This document shows positions 13,490-27,265 of a stretch of DNA of 64,000 nucleotides, in pieces. The notes under the pieces were generated by a model. It ran no database searches and was not told the DNA's origin. It saw only the letters and a list, made by a program, of their open reading frames with translations. The DNA comes from Vicugna vicugna (taxonomy: Eukaryota). Numbering within the stretch: position 1 is the first letter of the stretch; the number at the start of each line of letters is the position of its first letter. The stretch spans positions 434,001-498,000 of the forward strand of contig MU058418.1 in NCBI GenBank assembly GCA_013265495.1. Reading direction: 5' to 3'. The position numbers and the translations under genes were made by a program.

Positions 13490-15120
13490 AATTCATTCGC
13501 ACAGCAGATACTTACAGAGTGCCTACTACGTGCAGGCACGTTCTTGTCACAGGAGATTCAGCAGGATATAAGGCAGACAAGATTCTCGATCTCACAGTGA
13601 TTGTATTCTAGTACAGAGTGACAGACAACAAACAGGTAAATGAGAAAATTTAAGGTGCTGATGAGTGCCATGAAGAATAGAACTCATGATTACATAATAG
13701 AGAACAGGACAGGGGAGGGTATTTTAGATGAAAAAGTGAAACCTGATAGCAAGGTGTCCACCATGGAGGACTCCTGGGAGAAGAGCATTCCAAGAAGAGG
13801 GAATAGCAAGTGCAAAGACCTCAGGGTAGTAGAAGAAGCTAAGTTCAGGTATAGGTTGTGCAGTTGTAGTAAAGAGATAAAAAAATACAATGACTTAAAT
13901 ATAAGAGTCAGCCCTTGAGATGGCCAGTCTAGCTTCTACCCTTTTACCATCACACTAGTATTCCAGTCAGCAAGAGTGGGGGGAGGGGGGCAGAAGCCGT
14001 ATTCCTTCCATTTAAAGACACAACTTGGGAGTTGCACACATCTCTTTGCTCACATCCTATTGGCCAGAATTTGCCATATGACCAAATCTAGTTGTGAGGG
14101 AGGCTAGGAAATGTAGTCATTAGTTTGAATTTATGTATCTGGATACTTTGGTGACCCTATTTCTAAATAAAGAAGAGACAATTAGTTGTTAAGGGACAAC
14201 TATAGTCTTTTCCACAAAGTAAGCAGTAGGTAAAATTAGTAACATAAACAGAATCCTAAGTATGTAGGGCCTTGCTGAATGTGGCAAGGAGTTTGGATTG
14301 TATTTTAAGTATGTATATTAGTTATCTATTGTTGCTTTACAGATTTTCCCCAAAACCTAGAAGCCTAAAATCACTATTATCTTGTAGTTTCTGTGAGTCA
14401 GGAATGTGGGAGCTGCATAGCTGGGTGGTTTTGACTCAGGGCCTCTCAGATAATGGATTCAAGATAGTGACAATGGGTACAGTCATCTGAAGGCTTGACT
14501 GAGGCTGGGGGGTGGGCTTCCAAGTTGGCTCATTCATGTGACTATTGGGAGAAGGCTTCAGTTCATTGCTGACTGTTGGCAGAGGGCTTCAGTTTTTCAC
14601 CCAATGGACCTCTTCATATGGCTGCTTGAATATCCTCATGACGTAGTAGCTGTCTTCTCCCAAGTAAGTGATTCAACAAAAGAGAGCAAGAAGGAAACCG
14701 CAATGCCTTTATGTTCTAATCTTGGACATCACACACCATCACTTTTGCCACATTCTATTTCTTAGAAGCAAGTCACTAAGTATAGCCCATAGTCAACGGA
14801 AGGGGAATCAGGCTCCATTTTTCCAAGGGAGAAGCAACAAAGAATTTATTAACATATTTTACAACCATCACAGTATAACAGGAAGTCATTGGAATATTTT
14901 CAGCAAGAGGGTGCAAGGTCTGTTTTACGTTTTCAAAGAGTTGGTTTGGTTGTTTTGTGGAGAATCGATTGCATAGGGATAGGAGTGGAAGCAAGGAGTC
15001 CAGGTAGGTGGCAGTTACTTAGTTTTAGCAATCAGTAAATAGGCCTAAGATCAGGATGGGTGCAGTGGAATTAGGGAGAAGTAGTGAGATTTTAGAAGCA
15101 GAGCAGAGAAGACCTGATAA
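13490..15120 (-). mobile_element. L2 fragment interrupted by two MaLR LTRs (about 13850-14215 and 14311-14872)
   Basis: TTCATTC..GAGTGCCTACTACGTGCAGGCAC L2 tail; AGCATTCCAAGAAGAGGGAATAGCAAGTGCAAAGACC; TATTAGTTATCTATTG MLT1 end. Confidence 0.65.
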
Positions 15121-15175
15121 GATATCGCTGAATTTAACATTAGTGGGTGTCATTTCTTTTTCACATTTTCAATTA

Positions 15176-15315
15176 CAGTGCTTTCTTAAATTAAGTGATC
15201 ACCTGAATCTTTGGAGAGCTTTAAAAATATGAATTACTCATCCTCACTTCCAGACAATCTACTTCAGTAAGTCTGGGACAGGGAGATGATCTATCAGAAC
15301 TGGAATCCACTGCTC
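15176..15315. mobile_element. MER5-type hAT fragment
   Basis: CAGTGCTTTCTTAAA ... GAATCCACTG imperfect termini. Confidence 0.5.
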
Positions 15316-17795
15316 CACTTATTGAATGAGCTAACAAGAAGTGCAATTATTATTGTTGCTGTTTTTGCAAAAAGGAATTAGTTACAATGCAGTGGGCTCT
15401 ATTATCCAAATGCTCTTTTTTGTTACACAATCTCCCTCCCCCCTGTTCAATCAGATACCAATTCCTATGGATTCTTTCTGCAAGGTAACTCTTATAAAGA
15501 ATCCCTCCCATTACTGTACTAGTCTAAACAATCATTTACTACCTCTTAGACTATTGCAAACACCTCTTATGTAATTTGCTACTCTGGTCTCTCCTTCTGC
15601 CTTTCATCTGTTGTTAAAGTGATCCTCCTGTCCCACATTTATGATCTTATCACCTTCATATTAAAAAAGACTCAGTGGCTTCCTAGAACTCTCAGAAAGA
15701 AGTCCCTGCTCCTTTAGGATGGTTTTTGTGGCCACCAACCATCTGGTCCTATCCTACCTTTGGGGTGACTTCATAGCCCCTTCAACACACTCATTGTAGG
15801 CCCACTGAATTATTCACTCTTCCCTTAACTCCATTTGCACTTTCACATCTTGACACCTCTCTTCATATTGTTCCTTCCGTTTAGAATCTTCCTCTTTCTC
15901 CCTCCATCACCTGACAATATCCCACTATTCATCCTTTAAGGCCCAATTCAGATGATCACCATCTCTATCCTTCACTCAGAATTAGTCATCCCCTTTTCTT
16001 AATTCCTATCTCACTTTTCAAACAAGTTTATTATTTATGTTTATGTTCACAGTGCCTAGTAGTGTGCTTGCCCTTAGTGGTCTCAAAATAAAAAGTTTTC
16101 ATAGACAGAATTTATTTCCTCATCTTTATTCAGTTTTTATGCAATGGAGAAAACAAAAGGCAAACTCATATTAGAAATCTGGCTAATGAAATGTGCATGG
16201 AACGTATACCATGGGATCTGTACACATTTAGCATAGTCGGCACCCACTGCACTTTACAGCCACATATGGTGGCATCAGTAATTCTGAGGCATTGCAAAAA
16301 TCTTCACAATCTAAATATTTTATTAAGAATTCCAGTGACAAGAGCTGAAATATAAAGGTTTGTGGGTCTTTTTTAAAGGCTTTATCACGTTTAGTTAGAA
16401 ATTTAAGTTAACAAGAACATTCCATTCCCTAAACATTCCAATTAATTGGTGTTTAGCATATGGGTTACCAAATTTGTCTTTTTGAAGTTTGCATTTAGAG
16501 ATTGTAAATGAATCTATTAGGATGAATTTCTAGGTCAGTCAGGTTTTGATTTGCAATATTTAATGTTTGCACAATTCCACCCTTGCTTGACCTTTCAAAA
16601 TTATTTTAACAGCCCTACATTTACTTTCCTAATGGAATGATTTGCTACAAAGTGGCTACAGCGGGAAGTCTGGAAGGACATTATAACATTCTTTTGGCTG
16701 TCAAAATCCATCTGTCCTTGTGTTTCTTCATTGTGTGTGCTCTTGGGATATAGGGCCTCACTTTCCACTGTGGATGCCAAAGAGTTTGAATCTCACTCTC
16801 CCCACACCCTGGAATATGGAGCAGGGGCCCCAACATCTGGCTGTGGACCCTCCAATCCAGGCCTGTGCTCCCTGACATGAAGGAAGAACATCTGGGGCAG
16901 CTCATGGGGTCAGCATGATGTCCAGCGGTAGTATCTAGAAGGTGTGGTGCAGCCAAAGCAGAGATGGTGGCATCCTGGATAGTCTTTCTATGGTCTCGTC
17001 TCCTGAGGCCCTGGGTTCTTGCCTGGTTCCCAAGCCTGTTCTCTCAGCCTCTTGGATTTCATGAGCCCCCTTTCTGCCAACGTATTATTATTTTTTCTTC
17101 AAACAGTTAGAGATCGTTTTGTTGCTTGCAAGCAAGAACCCTCACTAATACCATTCATAGTGCAAGGTGGCAGAGAGAATTCTAGACTCGAGTCAGACTG
17201 CTGGCCCACTTACTAGGCAAATGCTTAGTCTTTAACTCTCCATTTCCTCATCTGCAAAATAGGACACAATCTGTAATTGTGTCAACTGTGTGAGGACTGA
17301 ATAGAATAATCTCTGTAAAATACTTAGCATGGGCCCTGGTGCATGAAAAGCATTCAGTAAATAATAGCTTTTGTATTACTAAATGCTATGTAATTGTCCG
17401 TGTGTTTAGGCCACAGAACTCCACTGCTCACCAAATAAAAAGATGCCCTGTGCACACTCTGTGCTCAGTATTGAACTTCATTTTTTCCCCATGCTGGGGT
17501 TTTGTTTTGTTTTGCTTTGTTTTCCAGTTTAGGATTTTGGTGCCGTCCCATGCAGTACATCATTATAATACTGTACATCCTGAGACTTTCTTGGGGAGTG
17601 CAGCTTTTAGTCACTGTACCTGGGTCTTCTCTCTTCTGTCTGTCCCTGCTAGCTCTTCCTGACCTCCAGACTCAAAAGGAGATCACCTGCACTAAAGACT
17701 GACTGTCTTCAGATGGCAAGGGCAAAACTGAGTTGTAGCACGAGTCTTACTTCAGCAACTGGTATATAGATTTAGTAACTTTAATGGGAATTTAA

Positions 17796-17822
17796 ATATA
17801 TATATATATATATATATATATA
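17796..17822. repeat. (AT)n microsatellite
   Basis: Directly visible. Confidence 0.95.
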
Positions 17823-20071
17823 CAGCCTATATCCCAAGACTTATTATAGGATCCTGTATTTATCTACTTAGCTTTTGATGAATTTTTTTTTCTCCCACTG
17901 AAATGTATAACGTCCTCTTGTTGTTAAACGGTGGAATCTCCTTCACTCAACTTCCTCCCCCTGGGATGTAATAAAGAGACAAGTTACACCCCAACAGCAT
18001 GTTGGAGAGAAATTTTCTGTGGAAGAAAAATGTTTTTTACTACATGTAATGTTTCTCAAAGGAGGTGGGTCAAAACATAGGTATCAATCCTCTGTAACCA
18101 TTTACTGAATACTGTACTTGGTTTGAGAATATTAAAAATGTAATATGCTATTTTTGAAAGTTTGTGTATTTTGTTATGGATGTTTTAATTTCTATAACAT
18201 CCATGTGTAAATGAGAATAAAGAAAAAATTAAAATTATTTACTGTGTCAATATGCTCTATTTTCCCAAAAAAGGTGACAGGAGGGCTGAGCAGAGAGAAG
18301 CAGAGTCTAGTGAAGGTGAAAGTATACCTCACCAGTCTGGGAGTTGGCAGACTGGGGACTTTTATCCTGGATTGGCCACTTCCTAGTGGGATCCTGTGCT
18401 CAGCCTCACTCTCCTAAGTTGTGGATTGAGAACAAGTAGATGCTCAAGGGTGGTTGTGAGAAATAAATGACATAATTTGCACAAAACCCTTGACTCATAG
18501 CAGGAATTCAATGCATGACAGCTCATGATATAAATCAACATAAGATTGTCACAGGTCGAATAATTTTAATGTCACTTGGTTATCTAAAGGAAATGTGATA
18601 TTATGTGATATTATTATGTCTACTTTAGTTTCTACATAAATTGAATAAAGATAAGAGCTCTGTTTCATCAGTGGATGTCATAGAGGAAGGCAATGACAAT
18701 TCAAGATAACTCAGATATTGAGTTAAGTTTTATATTTATCAGAATTTGGAATAATTACTGAAAATATTCTGTGTTTAAGTAGGTCTTATTATGATATTAG
18801 GGCCGTAACCCCAAGGAAACTATTCTTGTTTGGGTGATACTATTTAGATATTAAATAATTAGGCAGATAATGCCCTCAATTTACTTCAGGATCCAGAAAA
18901 CTCCATTTTAAAAATTGTTCAAAAGCAAATTTGAGTAATAGGGTGAACATATGTGTGAGCTATAAGTATCAATGTAAAAATTTTAGATATTTGCTGCATG
19001 TAAACTTTTTTCTTTCTTTATAACTGAACCCAGTCTCCATTTCACAAGACAACAATGCTAGCAGGTGGAAATGAAACCTCCAGGTAATCCCAGCTGATTT
19101 GGTTTTCTCTCATGCCCACCTCCTACACTTTTCTCACTGGGCTGGCACCTACATGGCAGGTAGGTGGGTAGGTGGCATTTACTCCTCAGCCACGGTCACC
19201 TCTCCAGCTGACATCCTCTGAGATGGAAGTTCTTGTGGAGTCTCTGATCAAACATTTTGGGTGCAAGCCTACTTCAGTTCTGCAGACTTCCATTCCCGGC
19301 CACACATGAAACACACACCATGGTGAGTGGAGAGTATTTACAGCCACCCCAGGACCTCTGTCCAGGCTTCTGCACACCACTGTGCCTACCCCACTGGACC
19401 TGCCTGTACTCTGGTGGGCTGGTGCTTTCCAGCCTCCATCTGGGAAAGGAGGCATGATTCACCTCTACTCTCTGCCCTCTGCCTTCAGATTCCCTCATAC
19501 CAAGCAAGTGTTCTAATTGTTCCTCTTGCTCCCTAGGGAACTGGGCCCCAGGTGGGAGGCTACAGTCAGGCTCCTTCCCTTGTGTCAACTCCTTTGCTCC
19601 TTCTTTCTCTCAGCTACATAGAATTGTAATCTATTTCTGGATTGGACTTCCTTTGGCTCATCGTTTCTCTTTTGGAACCTACTTTTTAAGGCACAAACTT
19701 TATAATCTAAATCCTTCAAGTCATTGGGTCTTGATACTCAAAATCTAGATTTTTAAAACTCAAAGAAAAATGTTTTCTTCCAAACACTTTTTTTCTGCCT
19801 TGAATTTCACAAGTCCATTTTAAATCTCAAAAATCACAGACAACTCATATTTTTCCATAAATTTCTTTTGTAACATCCTTACCCTGAGGCAATGGATGCC
19901 AAAGTCTAGTTTGAACGAATGAGTGCATGGGATAGAAAGGAATTAACAGGTATAAACAAACAAAACACTTCTCAATACATCAAAATATTGTCTTGCCACA
20001 AATGGAATCTGCCTGACACCTGGATTTAGTTTCTTTTTAGTTGTCAGGCCTATATAATTTTCTAGTTAATG

Positions 20072-20535
20072 GCCTGAGAGACTGACTATACAAATGGACA
20101 ATGGCCAGACCATGTATGATGACAGAACTCTGGCCCATAACCTCTGAAGCAACAAGTCAGAGAAGCCAAACCAACTTCTCTGCCACAATCATCCCAGAAT
20201 GATTGGAACTTGGTCAATGACTGCCAGCCACCCCACCTCCTCCTCATCACTTCCTTCCAACTCAGGACCAACCAGAGAAAGTCAAATATGCTCCCCAAAC
20301 TGATCCTCCTCAAAGCAGGATGCCCTGCTTCTAGTTAGCCCTCTCCAGCTTCTCCAAGCCAACACCCTCCAATTAGAGCACACCTGAAGACTTTTTTCCC
20401 CCTCACTATAAAGTTTTCTTACTTCCATGCCTGCCTTTGAGTCTCTGCCATATGCAGGTGATGGTGGCTGACTGCCGTGCTCTAAATAAATAGCTTCTAC
20501 TTGTTCTCATTTGGGTAGTCTCCATTTATTTCCAT
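20072..20535 (+). mobile_element. ERV1-type solo LTR (MER90/MER110-like, family uncertain)
   Basis: TG...CA-bounded segment of about 460 bp with TATAAA then AATAAA in LTR order; motif similarity from memory. Confidence 0.55.
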
Positions 20536-20783
20536 TTATTTATGTTGATTACACATAAAGCTATTATATTCAGATATACACATTGGTAGTTAAGTTTAAA
20601 AATTTTTTTGAGCATAGAGATGCTTGGGGTAAATAAATACCAGACTTTGATCTCTGCTTCAATGGACAAGGATTAAAAGTTATAACTCAAACTGACCTTT
20701 TTTTGAACTTATAGTACTGATATGCTTGCCCCTACAGATATAGGAGAAATGGTCTTGAAAGTGTATATGAAAATCTCGTTTTT

Positions 20784-20918
20784 GTTTTATTTTTACTTTT
20801 GGGGGGAGGTAATTAGGTTTATTTATTTATTTTTTTAGAGGAGGTACTGGGGATTAAACCCAGGACATCATGCTTTCTAAGCATGTGTTTTACCACTTGA
20901 GCTATATCCTTCCCCCCA
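20784..20918 (-). mobile_element. tRNA-Ala-derived SINE (Vic-1-like)
   Basis: Same head and tail structure; TSD AAAATCTC(G/A)TTTTT at 20770-20783 and 20919-20932. Confidence 0.87.
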
Positions 20919-21619
20919 AAAATCTCATTTTTATAAATTAAAATTATTATGTTTTAGCAAATTACTATTACAAAGGACCCTGGTGTACATTATTTTGAAA
21001 ATGAAGAACGTTTTTATTAGGTAGGTGATTATTCCTCATGTGTCAGCTTTCCTTAAATTGGCACACATCCGTATTAGTCTGTACATATAAACTTAAGGCT
21101 ATTGTAAGATAATAATGATCCTTAGAAGAGTAGGTGATACACATTTGCATACAGAAATTTGTGCAGTTTTATTTTTAGTTCACTTTAATGGATAATATGT
21201 GGTCTTAACAACAACACACCAAAATACAACTTACTATTCTCATTTCACAAGTGAAGAACTGAGTATTAAAGTAAAATTACTTGCTCAAGGCCTCACTGAA
21301 GGCTGAAGCCGCTTATTCTCCTGCAAAGTCTGTTTGAAGCTACCAGCTGGGAAGCTTCTTCTATCTCTGTGTCTGAAGGAAGGCCCCGCATTCCTTTGGG
21401 AAGACCATGGTCTTCACCATGACCCTATGGCAAAGAGGGTGAGGATGTTCTCAAAACAGTAAGGAGAGGAGGGGATCCCCACCCAGGGATGTGCCATGCT
21501 GAGTTAACCTGGTGTTTAATGGCAGAGCTAATCATGGCCTCATGACCCACATACACAAGTAGTGGAACCAGAAATAAATCCAGGCCTTCCCATGCAAAGG
21601 GGATTTCTTCACACTGTGA

Positions 21620-22165
21620 ATTTGACCATCTTGCTCTTAAAATTCTGACCCCTTCCCATCCCTTACCCCACATAATCTGGCCTCTGCATTCCTCTTTCAC
21701 TGTTTTCTCCACCACCCACCTCCTCCTCACTCTCAACGTTCCAGATACTTTAAATTTCTCAAACATGCTGAGTGCATTCTTCGGCTCCTTTAGAATTCTG
21801 ACTGGAGCACTTCTCCAGGATTACAAGACCTCTACATAGGCAGTTCTTATCTTTCCTGATTCAGGTCAAATGTCTCCTTTTAAAGGTCTATCATGACTCT
21901 TTTAGCTAAAGCAGACTCCAACCTCTATACTCACCCTACTCCAGTTCCTCTTTATCACATTGTTCTCTCATGTCACATACCTGGATCTAAAATTGTGTGC
22001 TTTATTACTTATTTGCTTATTTATTGCCGCCTTTGCAGACTACAAGCTTCTTGAGATTTGGGAACTTGTCTGTCATCTTTGCTGCTGGATCCCAAGCACT
22101 CAGAACATCGTGCCTGGAATATAGTGAGCTCCCAATACATATTTGTTGAATAAAGGAATGAATAA
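21620..22165 (+). mobile_element. L2 3' end
   Basis: Ends GTGCCTGGAATATAGTGAGCTCCCAATACATATTTGTTGAATAAAGGAATGAAT. Confidence 0.7.
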
Positions 22166-22500
22166 ATCATGAATCCCAATTGAGAATGACAGCTCTGGAC
22201 CCATTCTTCAGAAAAAAATGCCCTGAATTTTTGTATATAATTTCAGGAGAGTCTAAAGCCCTGGGAAAGTCATCTATAGCCTTAGTTAAAGCTCCTGCAT
22301 TATAGTAATGCTGTTTCATGTTTTTTTGAAATTAATTCTGAATTTTGTTCTTTAAATTTAAACATGAGCATGAATTTTAAAAGTATGCTTAAGATGGTGT
22401 ATAACAAATCATAGGCCAATTGGTTTTGAATAAAATAGATCCCTGAGGATAGTTACATCAATGATCCTAATGACCTTATTTCATTAAATGAAGATAACTT

Positions 22501-22925
22501 TGTGGTGTAAATGTTAAATGCTCACCCACATCCAGTTCTTTTCTCCCCTGGGGAACATGGGTGGATTAAATTCCTAGCTTCCCTAGCGGTGGGATAGAGC
22601 CATATGACAAATTCTAGCCAATGGATCAAGGGCAGAAGTAACCTATGTTACTGCCAGGCTGGAGCATTTAATTGCTGTGTGAGATCCTCCAGGGCTCCAT
22701 CTTCTCCTACTTAGTGGTTGTGGAAGCACATGCAGGTGCTGCTGGTACAGAGGTGCATTGTCAAGCCATCACATAGAGGACAGTGGCTCTGGACAGTCAC
22801 ATAGATCTTTAGCAGATTTTGTGTGAGCAAGGGGTATAAACCTCTGTTGTTTTAAGTCTTTTGGATTTTCTTTGGATTTTCTGATAATTTGCTATTGCAG
22901 CATAACCTAACATAACCAAAAACAC
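22501..22925 (+). mobile_element. MaLR solo LTR (MLT1J-like)
   Basis: TTCTAGCCAATGG..GGGCAGAAGT and TTGTTTTAAG..TTGCAGCATAACCTA motifs. Confidence 0.65.
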
Positions 22926-25900
22926 CACTGATTGGAAAATGTGCTAGTATTTCATATACTGTGGAGGGGGAAAAGGGGTTTCATTTATAATTGAAAGAAA
23001 CCTTGTAACATATCACAACCCCAGAGATGTTAAAATGTGGAAAGTGTGGGCCTTAGATTACATAAAATACAGATTGTTAAAAGAAATTCATTAAAGCAGA
23101 TTAGCATAGTGTCAAGAACTCCAAATCCAGAGTTGAACAGAAAGTTATAGATTCGAATCCCAATAGTTGCTAGTTTGTGATTTAATAACTTAGCTAGTAT
23201 AAGCCTTGTTCTTCATCTGGGAAACTGGAATCACAGTAGAAACTGCCTCATAGGGTTTTGTGGGTATTAGATGAGATAATTCTTGTAATGTGTTCAGCAT
23301 AGTAATTATTTCACATATTTTAGTCCCCATATTTGGTTAGCTCACAGAGCTTGTTCAAGATGGGCATTCATTTCAAACAACGTACAGGAAAAAGTTCTTT
23401 GTTAAGTTTATTATGTCATACTAATTGGTCAGCAAGTAACTATTAATTCCTTACCAAGCATGAAGACTGGGCCTCTGAATTAGGTGTTCTTGGAGATAAC
23501 AAAGAAGCAGATCTAGAGATTGAGGGTTGAAGGCGGATCACCTTGGGGTCTTCCCATCCACTCTGTGATGTATTTTCTGGATGAATCAGGCTAGAACGAA
23601 CATCAAGAGCAACGCTGAAGGATAAAAGAAGTCACAGAAATATAGCTGAGGAATGTATGAAAGCAAAGGTCAGTCCTGTACCCATCTTGGTGACTGGCAG
23701 AGCTAGTAAAGGGAAAATTGAGGACTTTTTCTATGTCCAGGGTCTGGGGAGCATAAGAGTAAGTCATAGAAGAAAAACACGGTTCTTCGGAGATATGTAT
23801 GCGATTGATCCTATCCACATAGGGTTATACTCTTAGAGACTGTATGAAGTTAATCAGGGAACATTATTGGACTCATAGTATGTCCAGATTCATAATGTAG
23901 CAACTCATAACTGTCTTCATCTATAGCACATTTGAAGAAAGCTACACCTTGTCACCAAGAAGGTGTAACAATCATCAGTTCTCAAGTTTTCTAAACTAAA
24001 AGTCTCCCACATACTTCATGAGCTTTCATTCTGTCACTGAAGTTATACTTTATGGATTCTAATACAACATTCTCACCTCAGTTTTCTGGAGGACATATGC
24101 CTGTGAATGAACAGGTGGCTGGTTAGTATCTTTATTTTTACTGAATGCCTGAACCATGACAGAACAAGTTATTTTCTTTAAAGAAAGTATAGCTGCCTCT
24201 ATATGACTCTGGGCTACAGTTCACCTTTTCTGTTTGTTTTATTCTTAACTTGTGAAACTGTATCTTAGGACTTGGGGTATATAACTTGTTATTTGATATC
24301 AGCTGAACAACAGTGAATCAATTGTAATGGTTCTGGCACCAAAGGAAACATAGGGTACTTAAATATGTTTCCAGAAGACAAAAAGCTTCTCTCTGTGTAC
24401 ACCTTACAACATATGTTTCCACAGTTTTGGATATTCAAAAGTCCAAAAAAAGTTTTCTCACTACTTCTCATTAAAGATCAAGAGGACGAAACAGAGAAAA
24501 CAAACTCCAACCCACATATTATTTATCAGATGTTTTGGATGAAATTCAGATTGAAAAACCAAAAAGTTTCCCTCTTCTCCCTCCCTCCCTCCCGGCACAC
24601 GATGCTTATTCCCCACTGCGAAATACACCCACTGTCACACACTCCGCCGTGTATCGTTAGCGGTCCAGGAAGGGGGAGGGGGATTGTGTGAATGCAAACA
24701 AGTTTGGGCTTCTCTCGGAATCCTTGCTGCCTGCTGCCTGGGTCGTCGAAGGGCTACCGCAGGCTGGGAGACGTGGCCAGAGCACTTGGGCTCACAATCC
24801 GCGTAGGCTCCTAGAGGTTACCGGAAAAATCTTGAGTAGGGGACGCCTGAACCGCAGAACGCTCCCTGAAACCTCATCGATTCTCCTCTCTTGACATTCA
24901 GGCGTCCCGGATAACCTCCCTAGGATTTTTAACTTTCCTCGGGGCAAGTGTTTTACGTGGACCCCTTGCAGGAGCAGAGCCTGACTTGGCCCCGCTCACT
25001 CTGGCCTCCTCGCTCGCCTGGGATCCAGGAGCCACGCGGAGCGGATGCGGCTTCTCGTCGCTTTCTCCTGATAGGGAAGAGAAGAGGAGAGAGGAGGTGC
25101 TCAGCTCTCCTGGGTACACTCCCAAGCATCGGTAATTTGGCCTTTACGAAACAAAATGATGCTAAAAGGCAAAACAGCCAACCCGGAGGTGCTCAGCCCT
25201 CCCGAGTACGTTCCTAAATAGCTCTAATTCGATGTTTAAGAAACAAAACAATGACAAAATGCAAATTAGGCAATATAACATTCAGGATGAGACTCGTTTG
25301 ACAGGCCAAACTGAGATTTTAAAGGAAAGCTTTCTCATATCCGCACACCGAATTCATTCTATCTTTTAGTACTTGGGGAAAGAAACGGTGTAATTTTAAG
25401 TCCCACCACTGTCACAATGCACACTCCACAGTAACACGCAGTGAAACAATGGACAGCCCCATATCGCATTGTGTCAGTAATTACGAAGTGCTGCGGCAGG
25501 GGCAAGCGAAGTCGGAAGCGTCAGTGTATCCCCCCGCCGCGAGTGGGAGCAGTTAAGGGCCGCGTTTCTCACCGAAAACTCATCAAAACATTTAGGCCAG
25601 TCCCTCAACCCAGAGATGGGCAAACGACATCTGAGCTTGGCCCCGGGCGGACGTGGACTGAGAGGGCCAAAGAGGCGGCGCGCGAGCGCAGACGGAGCGA
25701 TCACGACTAGGGGAGAGCAAACGCGCGCAATGAAGTCGAGGGGAAAGAGTGCACGCCAGAGGGTGGGGAGAGTCCCGTCAGGGGTGGCCAGGGCGCCTGG
25801 TCCCTGGAGAATGGAACCCCACGCGGGACACTGCACTCCTGGCTGCATCCCATCTTTGGGGGTTGGGGGTTAAACCCAGGTCACCAAGACAAGGGTGCAC

Positions 25901-25941
25901 GCGGGGTCACAGGATAACGCAGTTACTTTGTAGTCAGACAC

Positions 25942-25972
25942 GTGTGTGTGTGTGTGTGTGTGTATGAGAGAG

Positions 25973-26042
<70 letters not shown>
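25942..26042. repeat. Compound microsatellite (GT)n-(GA)n-(GT)n-(GA)n
   Basis: Directly visible. Confidence 0.98.
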
Positions 26043-26047
<5 letters not shown>

Positions 26048-26752
26048 ACTAGAGGGAAAAGAAAGAAAAAAAGAAAGAACAGGGAGCTGAAGGCCGAGAT
26101 GTCCTACTTCTAAGTGGTTCATTGAAAGGCAAAAGCTTTCTTGCAAGCACAGTCGTAGCTCACGCCGCGTTGGGGACCAGCCGAAACAAGGCGCGGAGAC
26201 CTCTCCAAGGGACATTTCCAAGGGACCTCCAGCCTCACACGCCCTGAGGTGGTCCCGAAAGGGGGACACTCTATACCGACAGCTGTGGGGAGGTCAGAAG
26301 ACTGCGGTCTCCTTCTCCCGAGACCCCAGCTCTGCCAGTCAGAGGCGGGGAGCTCAGTCCACCTTCCCCAGGCGGAGAAAAGCGGCCCTCTAGCAATGCG
26401 ACCTCAGGTCCCCGCGCTCTCACACCGCCCAACCTCCTCCCCTCCTCCCCCCACCCCCATTCATTTTTCCTCAGCAGCTTCTAGTTCCGGCTCAAAACCC
26501 AACTCCAAGCACACTCGAGCCCACATCACGGAGCTAAGGGGAACAACCAGGGTCTTAGCGGGCCCGGGGGCCTCCATGCCGAGGTGGCGGCCGCCGAGGG
26601 GCGCCGCGTCCCGCCGGTGCCAGCCGCAGATGAGCCCTTGGCCACGAGCAGCCCCCTGAGCCGCGCAGCATCCGCGTCTACAGTGACGGTGGAAGCCACG
26701 CCCGCTCTGGAGCTGGGGGCAGTCCTAGCCCCCCCACCTTTTCCCTGCCCGC

Positions 26753-26964
26753 NNNNNNNNNNNNNNNNNNNNNNNNNNNNNNNNNNNNNNNNNNNNNNNN
26801 NNNNNNNNNNNNNNNNNNNNNNNNNNNNNNNNNNNNNNNNNNNNNNNNNNNNNNNNNNNNNNNNNNNNNNNNNNNNNNNNNNNNNNNNNNNNNNNNNNNN
26901 NNNNNNNNNNNNNNNNNNNNNNNNNNNNNNNNNNNNNNNNNNNNNNNNNNNNNNNNNNNNNNNN
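26753..26964. other. Assembly gap (212 N)
   Basis: Run of N inside the GC-rich island. Confidence 1.
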
Positions 26965-27265
26965 TGGAGGCGGCGGCGGCGGCGGCAGTAGGAGCAGGAG
27001 CGGCGGCGGCGGCATCCCCGAGACTCCTCGAGCTACCTTTCCTTCTGACAGCCACTGACGTTCTCCGCCGCTAGAAGAGACCCCGCTTCTCCGGCGCCTG
27101 CCTTCCCTCCCCCCGCCCAGCCCCAGCCCCAGCCCCGCCAGCACCGCTACCTCCACCACCATTGCCACCATCAGCACCACCTCCGCCACCACCACCACCG
27201 CCACCACCACCACCGCCGCCGGCGGCAGCAGCCATTTCATCTCCACAGAAACCAGACACAAAAAC
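26965..27265 (+). other. SOBP: Visible part of the SOBP 5' UTR with (GGC)n and (CCA/CCG)n tracts
   Basis: Directly upstream of the ATG, with no upstream ATG seen; GGC runs at about 26968-27013 and an ACC/GCC triplet tract at about 27135-27230. The TSS is not resolvable. Confidence 0.7.

Noticed and set aside
1..24590. PDSS2 first exon (head-to-head neighbour of SOBP in human, from recall)
   Set aside because: No second CpG island or recognisable exon; if synteny holds it lies left of the window.
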